In this document: piece after piece, positions 46,701 to 54,010 of the stretch
Position numbering within the stretch: position 1 is the first letter of the stretch
Layout of the letters: every line of letters starts with the position of its first letter
DNA from: a virus
Lineage: Duplodnaviria; Caudoviricetes
Virus record (IMG/VR): IMGVR_UViG_3300031673_009818
Location: 1-56,899 of that record
DNA length: 56,899 nucleotides
Direction: 5' to 3' (one strand)
Translations under genes and position numbers: made by a program
Notes under the pieces: model-generated
What the model saw: only the letters and a program-made list of their open reading frames with translations
The model's database searches: none
What the model was told of the DNA's origin: nothing

Positions 46701-46907
46701 ATGGGTTTAAATAACATATTAAAAAAATACTTCAATATTGCTGATCAAGTTAAAAATATTACTATAAAATTAACTAATACAGTAAATCAGTACAGTGAAT
46801 TGCTTGACAAACATGAAGAAATTCATAGAGAAACACTTAGAAAGTGGGAAAACGCCAAAAAAGAACTTGAAAGTCAAGAATATGGTGGTATAAATTACAA
46901 AAAATAA
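46701..46907 (+). CDS. Hypothetical protein
   Basis: ATG ORF. Confidence 0.55.
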   Translation: MGLNNILKKYFNIADQVKNITIKLTNTVNQYSELLDKHEEIHRETLRKWENAKKELESQEYGGINYKK

Positions 46908-46910
46908 GCT

Positions 46911-47099
46911 ATGGAAACAGAATTTTTAATAATAATTTTGGCTATAATATTAATAATTATTTCTTTTATTATGGGCTGCAAAATTGGAAAACTTAAGGCC
47001 GACAAGGCCTTCGAAAGTGAGATGTTAAAGGTTATAGATAAGGTTCATTGTGAAACAAATACTCTTATCAATAATTACGAAAAAAGCAAAGAACTCTAA
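46911..47099 (+). CDS. Small single-TM protein
   Basis: N-terminal hydrophobic helix. Confidence 0.6.
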   Translation: METEFLIIILAIILIIISFIMGCKIGKLKADKAFESEMLKVIDKVHCETNTLINNYEKSKEL

Positions 47100-47148
47100 A
47101 AAAATACTTATCGACCAAGCCGTTTTTCAACTAAAAAAAACGGACAAA

Positions 47149-47277
47149 ATGGAAGAAACAACAAAATGCCCCGTTTGTGGCGACGAAGTAGAACAAGATT
47201 CAATAATAGTTTATTGCAAAAATTGTGGATTTAACATAAGAAAAAAAGAAAACGACCCTAAACCAAAATCCTCTTAA
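47149..47277 (+). CDS. Small zinc-ribbon protein
   Basis: CPVCG...CKNCG. Confidence 0.55.
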   Translation: MEETTKCPVCGDEVEQDSIIVYCKNCGFNIRKKENDPKPKSS

Positions 47278-47594
47278 TTAATTAAATTCAGCATATGAAG
47301 TTTAGAATTATTTTAAAAACGTTTGATTTGTCTGCAAAATCGGAGAAATCAATTAAAAAAGTAATCAAAAAAACAGAGAAAAATGACAAAAAGAAGAAAA
47401 GCAGGCATGCGCATGCGAGCACACAGACAGCATAAGCTAATAATACGCAGAAAGTAATTAACCAGGCCACACATAGATGTGGCCTAAAAAAAACAAAATG
47501 AAAAAAATAAATACAATATTAAGAATCACATCCATATTAATAGTTATATCTATCTTATCAATAGCAGCATTTATAAGAAAAATATTTGAATTAA

Positions 47595-47882
47595 TCATGT
47601 GCCTTGTTCATAAACCTTAACGAAAACAGGTTCACCAGGCGCGTTCCTTCCATCAGCAAAAATAACATACGCCCAAAAAGCCCACGTTCCAGGTGCGTCC
47701 AATTCAGCGTCCAGAAATTCATAATATAAATCTTCGGTGCCTGAAATTATTGCCTCCCAATAATCTATTGTTTCATCAGGTTTTTTGTAACCTATTCTCA
47801 CAGTTGGTGCACCTGTTAATACTACACCTGTTTGCAATGTTAGCTTTAGATTACTTTGATTTACGTATATTTTGCCGTTCAT
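47595..47882 (-). CDS. Small Ig-like/BppU-N-like structural protein
   Basis: YKKPD...W.A...LYY...ELDAPGTW...YV.FADG...PGEP. Confidence 0.6.
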   Translation of the reverse strand: MNGKIYVNQSNLKLTLQTGVVLTGAPTVRIGYKKPDETIDYWEAIISGTEDLYYEFLDAELDAPGTWAFWAYVIFADGRNAPGEPVFVKVYEQGT

Positions 47883-47895
47883 TTTTTTTTTGGTG

Positions 47896-48110
47896 TTAAA
47901 TTGTTATAGTCCATCCATTTCCAATCAAATTATTATAAACTGTGTCACTTGCCGCTGTTCTTGCTGTATTTGCGCGTTCGCTGTGAACGCAAACATTAGT
48001 AATATTGTTATTAATTTTTTCATAAATTTAACCCTCCTGAGATTGGCACGTTTGATAAATCCAGCATTCCTGTTAAATTACAGCTATTTATAGTAATGGA
48101 TTTAATATTT
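47896..48110 (-). pseudogene. Mosaic of gene remnants
   Basis: LRR-like fragment, signal-peptide start at 48023 and an out-of-frame C-terminus ARTAASDTVYNNLIGNGWTITI*. Confidence 0.5.
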
Positions 48111-48127
48111 ACGTTCTAGTATTTATT

Positions 48128-50266
48128 TTATATTAGATTTATTTCATTTCTAATTGCATTTATATATGGGTCATTTTTTAATAACGTCCATTCTATCCTA
48201 TGAAACAATCCAGGTATTTCATAATCTGAAAATGTTTTTCCTAATGATGTTAGAATCCCTTCCCCTGTTTGTGAATTAGCTTTCCCACTATCTGTACTTC
48301 CATACACAACAATTGTTTTTTTAGTTCCAACTCTATCTATTCTTATATCCGCTCCTGTTGGGGTGTAAGTTCCACCATCCATATGAGAATGAGGTATATA
48401 ACATTTCCATAATGCTGCAATTGTATCATTCCAACATCCTATATAATGAACACCAATCGCACCTCTTGAAAATCCGCAAAGAGATACATTATTTGAATCT
48501 GCATTATAAGTTGATAGCACTTGTGTTAATATATTTTGCCATAGTGTTACTGTTGCACTTGGATCGTCAGTTGGATTACCATTTCCCCACCAGCTATTTA
48601 ACATTGCTGTTCCTGCTGTATTTATGCAAGGTACTTGAACAACTATAAAATTACCTTTTGTTAGTCCAAATCCTAACATCGGATCGTTTGGTAGACCTGT
48701 ATGCCCTAAAAATATATTTCCAGGAATATCAAATATAACTTTATGAGGTGTTCCCGTTGATGAATAATTTTTCGGTAAATATACAGAGTACCATATATTT
48801 GCATCATATTGTATCTTAATTCTTTTATCTGGTATTGCCCCTCCCAGTTCAATCTCAGGATTAATAATCCCATTTGTCTTATTTAATACACTCAATAGCT
48901 CATTTGTAAATTTTTGAAAATAAAATACATGAAGGTTATTTGTAAACTTTTTACCTATCCAAACAAAAGATAGTTTTCTATCTGAATAAGTAAAACCCCC
49001 TATCCCATCTGATACTGCATGAATTAGTATATTCGCACTAAAAACTGCTTGAGAGGTCAAATTAGCACCCATCTCAACTACACCATTTTTATATATAGTT
49101 GTAGTTGTTCCATTTTTCCATGCAGTGTATAATCCTGTGCTGATATACTCTGCAAAAATAGTAGTAGATCCATCTGTTAGTAGTGCAGCTTTACAATATG
49201 AATTTGCTGCATCTTTTGCAGACAAATAACATTTATGAGTTGCATCCTGATAATTTCCAACATCACCTACTCCGCTTATAGAATCAGTCATACTACTCAA
49301 TGCAATTGATAGGTCTGTTGCTGATAATGTATTGATATTGATATGTGTGTCTATATATCCCCCAGCACTAACAGATCCTATATTATCTCTTGTGATACTT
49401 CCCACATCGGTTAATCTATACGCCCCATCGCTATCAACAGGATTAAACAGGTTGTATTTCTGGCTATCATAAGTAGTACCATATAGCAAATAACATGCGG
49501 TTGCTTGTGATGTAATTTTATATAAATCCATCATATTAAACCACTTATCAATATACTGTCTATGTAATTCGGTAATAGTAACTACTGCTTTATAAGCCGT
49601 TGTCTTAGGGTTTTCAGACTCAGTATAATGATATAATTGGGTAATCTCCTCTACGGATAAAAATCTATTGTAAATATACACATCATCTATAATGGTTGCG
49701 TCTGGGTATGCAGCAGTTTTATTTATTGTTAGTGTATCGGTTTTAGCCCCTAAGTTAGATAATGTACCTGAATATTTTAATACTTTATCAATATAAATCT
49801 CGTAATTTTTAGCTGCATTTATTTGAATTGTGACAAATTGCCAAACATTATCAGTTATTTCTGCGACTGAACTAAGATAATCATAACCAGAACCTACCCT
49901 CCCTATAAAAACTTTATTAAAATACGAGCCAAAATATAATCCGCCTGTTGCGTCAAACTTAAAAGCTGTATACTGCCCACTTCCAACAGGCTTTTTAAGC
50001 CAAAAATTAAAAGATAAAGTAGACTCGTTGAAATTATTATCTAAGGTTATGTATTGTGCAGAATTATATGTATAAGCACTACTGATAGCCCCAAATTGAT
50101 TAGTGGTTAATGTTGCCCCTGTTACTGTTCCATTGTGACCATTGCCACTTAAATCATTTGCGTTACCATTGAATAAATAATAAGCAACTGGATTTGCTGG
50201 TAAAATATATTTTACAGGGGGATACACTTCCCCTATTAATCCCCTATTTGCTAGTAATAAACTCAT
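48128..50266 (-). CDS. LamG/ConA-like lectin domains fused to a C-terminal alpha/beta hydrolase
   Basis: AYYLFNGNANDLSGNGHNGT...IDDVYIYNRFLSVEEITQLY; GFSRG nucleophile elbow; distal D and H. Confidence 0.8.
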   Translation of the reverse strand: MSLLLANRGLIGEVYPPVKYILPANPVAYYLFNGNANDLSGNGHNGTVTGATLTTNQFGAISSAYTYNSAQYITLDNNFNESTLSFNFWLKKPVGSGQYTAFKFDATGGLYFGSYFNKVFIGRVGSGYDYLSSVAEITDNVWQFVTIQINAAKNYEIYIDKVLKYSGTLSNLGAKTDTLTINKTAAYPDATIIDDVYIYNRFLSVEEITQLYHYTESENPKTTAYKAVVTITELHRQYIDKWFNMMDLYKITSQATACYLLYGTTYDSQKYNLFNPVDSDGAYRLTDVGSITRDNIGSVSAGGYIDTHININTLSATDLSIALSSMTDSISGVGDVGNYQDATHKCYLSAKDAANSYCKAALLTDGSTTIFAEYISTGLYTAWKNGTTTTIYKNGVVEMGANLTSQAVFSANILIHAVSDGIGGFTYSDRKLSFVWIGKKFTNNLHVFYFQKFTNELLSVLNKTNGIINPEIELGGAIPDKRIKIQYDANIWYSVYLPKNYSSTGTPHKVIFDIPGNIFLGHTGLPNDPMLGFGLTKGNFIVVQVPCINTAGTAMLNSWWGNGNPTDDPSATVTLWQNILTQVLSTYNADSNNVSLCGFSRGAIGVHYIGCWNDTIAALWKCYIPHSHMDGGTYTPTGADIRIDRVGTKKTIVVYGSTDSGKANSQTGEGILTSLGKTFSDYEIPGLFHRIEWTLLKNDPYINAIRNEINLI

Positions 50267-50278
50267 ATTATTTATTTT

Positions 50279-51088
50279 TTAAGTTGCTGGTTCGGCGGCT
50301 TTTATAAGCCAAACGGGAAGCGTTGGTGAATTATATCTTTCTAATTGTATTTCTATTATATCATCTGTTCCAGCAGATATTGTTAATGTTTTAGCTATAC
50401 TATCCCATATTCCTATGTTGGGCGCAATTGATAACTTAAACTCATGCTCTGCTGTAGTTGCAAATGTTATTATGACCGTCCCCGTAAATTGATATACATT
50501 GCCTATTAATTTTGTATTAACACTATTTATTAGTACTACTGAAAAATTTGTATTAATCGTTAATGCGCCGACGCTTAATCTAGGCTCAAACATTGCCTCT
50601 TGACTGCCATTACAGTCTAATGTCAGTACTCCCGTAGCTAGTGCGGGCTCTGTTGCTGGTATATATATATTAGCATCAGTTAAGAATGCTAACGTTCCGT
50701 CTTTCGCTTGTAATGTAGCTGTGTAACTAGTAGCCCCTGTATTCGCTGTAGTTACTACAACAACCCCTGTACCTATTCCTTTTATTGCTAATTTATCCTT
50801 ATCAAACGTTTTCAATCCTATTACTGACTGTATTCCTGCAAGTAACATGTCTCCTACTCCATCGCCTACGATATCCCACTTGGCTGGCGTAGTTATTGGC
50901 GATTCCCCTGGGGCTGTTGTTGCATTGCACAAATATTCTTTGAAACCTGAATTATCAATAATAACAGATTCTCCTGAAACGTATACCCTTGTGTTATCGT
51001 ATAAGGATTGATATACTTCTGAAAAATTTTCATTTATTATCGTTCTGGCAACAAGTCCCGTATCACTGTTATTAATTATTTGTTTCAT
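50279..51088 (-). CDS. Probable virion fibre/structural protein
   Basis: DTGLVARTIINENFSEVY; QSVIGLKTF; ATLQAKDGTLA fibre-like motifs. Confidence 0.6.
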   Translation of the reverse strand: MKQIINNSDTGLVARTIINENFSEVYQSLYDNTRVYVSGESVIIDNSGFKEYLCNATTAPGESPITTPAKWDIVGDGVGDMLLAGIQSVIGLKTFDKDKLAIKGIGTGVVVVTTANTGATSYTATLQAKDGTLAFLTDANIYIPATEPALATGVLTLDCNGSQEAMFEPRLSVGALTINTNFSVVLINSVNTKLIGNVYQFTGTVIITFATTAEHEFKLSIAPNIGIWDSIAKTLTISAGTDDIIEIQLERYNSPTLPVWLIKAAEPAT

Positions 51089-51099
51089 TTCTATTAATT

Positions 51100-51318
51100 T
51101 TAATCAATCCAAAATTCATCATCAATCCAAATTCCAGAATCATTCCAAAAACCAGTAGCTAAAATCCAATTTGTAATTACATCTTCAATCCCAATAGGAC
51201 TAACATGGACCAATTGATTTGACATAGTACTACCATCAACAATATCATTAGTAATTTTACTAACAAACGTTTTTCCAATAGTAATCAAACTTGGATATGT
51301 AATATTGTCTTTTGCCAT
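51100..51318 (-). CDS. Small protein with WxD repeats
   Basis: WILATGFWNDSGIWIDDEFWID; TATATTTG box at 51333-51326. Confidence 0.6.
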   Translation of the reverse strand: MAKDNITYPSLITIGKTFVSKITNDIVDGSTMSNQLVHVSPIGIEDVITNWILATGFWNDSGIWIDDEFWID

Positions 51319-51359
51319 TAATCTACAAATATACAAAAAAAAAGAATAAGTAATAAAAA

Positions 51360-51411
51360 TGTTAAATAATGTTAAAATAGTTACATCATGTTGTTTTTTG
51401 TTGTATCTTTA
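51360..51411 (+). promoter_or_regulatory. Island promoter (copy 2)
   Basis: Near-copy of 45697-45747; ATG 4 nt after the -7 box (probably leaderless). Confidence 0.7.
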
Positions 51412-51415
51412 TACT

Positions 51416-51826
51416 ATGAAAACAACAAAAGAAATATTAATAGGAGGACAGGCTTTAAGAAACTTAGGAAGTGACAGACACACAAATGACGTTGATTATC
51501 TTATCAATGACATTACTACAAAAGAAGCTTTTATTACTTCTGAAAAAGTTGATTTTTTAAATGCAAACGGAAACAAATTTTTCGCAGAAATTTTCAAAAT
51601 AGAAGAAGGAAACACAGAAGCAACTCCACAAAGCCTATTTGAACTTAAAGCTTATGCACTTGTTCAACATTGCCAGAACATGAATTGGGCGAAAGCTGAT
51701 GCATGCGAGTACGATATGAAATTTTTAGTTAGAAATTTCGGTTGTTCGGCCAAAATAGTTAGAAAATATGTTAGTGCTGGTGAACTTTCTGAAATTCAAA
51801 AAGTTGTTAATTCGGTAAGAAAATAA
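51416..51826 (+). CDS. Small nucleotidyltransferase (AbiEii/DUF1814/MenT-like motif)
   Basis: LIGGQAL..LGSDRHTNDVDYL; later LKAYAL and KADACEYD. Confidence 0.65.
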   Translation: MKTTKEILIGGQALRNLGSDRHTNDVDYLINDITTKEAFITSEKVDFLNANGNKFFAEIFKIEEGNTEATPQSLFELKAYALVQHCQNMNWAKADACEYDMKFLVRNFGCSAKIVRKYVSAGELSEIQKVVNSVRK

Positions 51827-51848
51827 TATTCACTTAAAAATTTACAAA

Positions 51849-52106
51849 ATGAAAAACTGGAAAAATTACAAAATTACAAAAAAAGCCATTAAAGATGCTT
51901 TGACATCTGAAAAACAATTTATTTATCACATGAATTACTATTGTAGTGATTTTAATGATGTTTTAATACTTTCTTGCAGAGCCATAGAGCCTAAGATTAC
52001 GCAAAAAGAAACAATCAATTACATTTACGATAACATCGGTGATGTTATAATAAATGCTAAATTTAATATAGAGATAGTTAAAGAATATCTCGATTTAGTT
52101 CCGTAA
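51849..52106 (+). CDS. Cassette ORF, hypothetical
   Basis: Shared TATTCACTTAAAAATTTACAAAATG start. Confidence 0.65.
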   Translation: MKNWKNYKITKKAIKDALTSEKQFIYHMNYYCSDFNDVLILSCRAIEPKITQKETINYIYDNIGDVIINAKFNIEIVKEYLDLVP

Positions 52107-52133
52107 AGTTTCTGTAAATTCTTTGCGAACTTC

Positions 52134-52182
52134 GCCCCGACACCTCCCCAGGTTCGGGGTTGTGGTGGTAGAAGGTAGTATT
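52134..52182 (+). repeat. 49-bp hairpin repeat R1
   Basis: GCCCCGACACCTCCCCAGGTTCGGGGTTGTGGTGGTAGAAGGTAGTATT. Confidence 0.95.
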
Positions 52183-52199
52183 AATTAAAAATTTACGAA

Positions 52200-52694
52200 A
52201 TGTTAAAAATTGGAACAAAAAAAGAAACAGGAAAAGACATGATGTTCAGTAGTATTGAAGAAAACGGCCAGCTCTGGTTAAAAGAGTACGCTTTACCACA
52301 AAAAAGGTGGTTGTATTTTTCAGAAATAGGAACAATGCTAAACGGATGTGAGCGTACAGGAGGCACACACTCCTTTAGTACATATTTCCCTAACTCAAAA
52401 ACAGAAGATGTGATGGATAATATCGAAGATTGCAACGAAAATTCTCAGAGATTCCAGAAATTACTATTGAAACAGAATGAAATCACGTTCATAGAGCGTG
52501 GAAATCCAAATTCTCTGAACACAATTAAAGGTGATAGGGTAACTCCTTATTATCACCTAACAGGAGATGAAAAAAACCAAATTGCTAATTTCAAGAACAA
52601 TAATAAAGAAAAACAATTTCTTGTTAAAATAGGAGATTGGTTTTTAACAACCACGAAAAAAAAGGGCACTGAAACTGTTCTTTTTGGAATCTAA
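52200..52694 (+). CDS. Cassette ORF, hypothetical
   Basis: Between R1 and R2. Confidence 0.7.
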   Translation: MLKIGTKKETGKDMMFSSIEENGQLWLKEYALPQKRWLYFSEIGTMLNGCERTGGTHSFSTYFPNSKTEDVMDNIEDCNENSQRFQKLLLKQNEITFIERGNPNSLNTIKGDRVTPYYHLTGDEKNQIANFKNNNKEKQFLVKIGDWFLTTTKKKGTETVLFGI

Positions 52695-52711
52695 TAGTTC
52701 TTGCATACCGC

Positions 52712-52760
52712 GCCCCGACACCTCCCCAGGTTCGGGGTTGTGGTGGTAGAAGATAGTATT
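52712..52760 (+). repeat. 49-bp hairpin repeat R2
   Basis: 48/49 identical to R1. Confidence 0.95.
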
Positions 52761-52777
52761 CACTTAAAAACAACAAG

Positions 52778-52987
52778 ATGAAAACAACAGCAAAAGAAGT
52801 ATTTGAAAGTGATAATTGGATTATCATTAAAATATCACTAGGATTAAAAAAAAATGTTCGAATAGATGCCAGAACCCGCTTTCATATAGCTGATGGCAAA
52901 AATAGTTATTCAGAATGGATTTCTGTAGCTTATGCCAACAAACTATACGGCAAATCGATTTTTAGTAATAAAAAATTTCAATTTTAA
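52778..52987 (+). CDS. Cassette ORF, hypothetical
   Basis: Follows R2. Confidence 0.65.
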   Translation: MKTTAKEVFESDNWIIIKISLGLKKNVRIDARTRFHIADGKNSYSEWISVAYANKLYGKSIFSNKKFQF

Positions 52988-52998
52988 AAATTTGCAAG

Positions 52999-53190
52999 AT
53001 GGAAACAACAAAACAATATCAAAGAAACAACGGCACAATAGAAATATCTATTGATACCTATACCCGAAATGGTGATATAATTGGCGATATTGAAATCAAT
53101 TGCAATTGTGGTGAAGAAAAATTAATAACAGGTGAACATAAAAGGCATGACACTATTTATTGTAAATGTGGCGAAAGGTTTTCTTATTAG
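52999..53190 (+). CDS. Cassette ORF, zinc-ribbon
   Basis: CNCG...CKCG. Confidence 0.65.
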   Translation: METTKQYQRNNGTIEISIDTYTRNGDIIGDIEINCNCGEEKLITGEHKRHDTIYCKCGERFSY

Positions 53191-53227
53191 CCCCGTAAGT
53201 TTCTGCAAATTCTTGCGAACTTTCGCA

Positions 53228-53431
53228 ATGAATGATTCATCAGATTGGAATGAAAAGTTTTACACAAATAAAAATAACGAAACAAATATATACATTAATG
53301 GAATTCAAATTAATGTTACCACAATGTTTGACGCTTGCATTACAAAAAGATATTTCGTCAGAAGTGAATTTGATTCTTATTTTACACCTGAGTTAGAAAA
53401 AATGATTGATTTAGAATTAGAATTAATTTAA
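53228..53431 (+). CDS. Cassette ORF, hypothetical
   Basis: ATG 53228 in frame with track ORF; start uncertain. Confidence 0.45.
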   Translation: MNDSSDWNEKFYTNKNNETNIYINGIQINVTTMFDACITKRYFVRSEFDSYFTPELEKMIDLELELI

Positions 53432-53455
53432 TTATTCACTTAAAAATTTGCAAAG

Positions 53456-53668
53456 ATGAAAATAACGAAAAAAAACATCCAAAAATTAACCGATGGGGAC
53501 ATCGGAACTATCATTGAAAAAAGGCACGGAATGACAAATCTTTTAAGTCATGTTAAAAAAACTGAAAATATAATATCAGTTGAGGCAAGAGAAGACCAAG
53601 GAGCAACGGTATTTTCAATAGATTCATTTTGTGAAGCATACAAAGGGAAAAATCTAATTTGGATATAG
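53456..53668 (+). CDS. Cassette ORF, hypothetical
   Basis: Shared TATTCACTTAAAAATTTGCAAAGATG start. Confidence 0.65.
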   Translation: MKITKKNIQKLTDGDIGTIIEKRHGMTNLLSHVKKTENIISVEAREDQGATVFSIDSFCEAYKGKNLIWI

Positions 53669-53691
53669 TCCAATGAATTTCAAAGCGTAAT

Positions 53692-53740
53692 GCCCCGACA
53701 CCTACCCAGGTTCGGGGTTGTGGCGGTAGAAGATAGTATT
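53692..53740 (+). repeat. 49-bp hairpin repeat R3
   Basis: 47/49 identical to R2; changes are in the loop and tail. Confidence 0.95.
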
Positions 53741-53759
53741 AATTAAAAAACAAAAAAAT

Positions 53760-53960
53760 ATGGGAAAATATGATTTGGAATATTTCAAAAGTCAAGACGA
53801 TCCAAAAAATAGCTATTTGAAGGCTATAGGCCTTGATAATGACGGCCACATCGTCTGGGAAAAATACGGGTGTGATAAACGCGACTGCAATTGTATGGGT
53901 TCATGGAGTAACGGGGAAACAGATCAAATTAAGACATACATATCACGGCCAGACATGTAA
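53760..53960 (+). CDS. Cassette ORF, hypothetical
   Basis: Between R3 and R4. Confidence 0.65.
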   Translation: MGKYDLEYFKSQDDPKNSYLKAIGLDNDGHIVWEKYGCDKRDCNCMGSWSNGETDQIKTYISRPDM

Positions 53961-53981
53961 AAAATAGAAAAATTATTAACA

Positions 53982-54008
53982 GCCCCGACACCTCCCCAGG
54001 TTCGGGGC
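53982..54008 (+). repeat. Hairpin-only repeat R4
   Basis: GCCCCGACACCTCCCCAGGTTCGGGGC ending 2 nt from the terL stop. Confidence 0.9.
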
Positions 54009-54010
54009 CA

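Noticed and set aside
51359-51415. N-terminal extension of the nucleotidyltransferase ORF
   Set aside because: Coincides with the duplicated promoter sequence
52134-54008. CRISPR array or true integron
   Set aside because: Intervening segments are 240-930 bp, unequal and protein-coding; no cas gene, no IntI and no clear RYYYAAC/GTTRRRY pair
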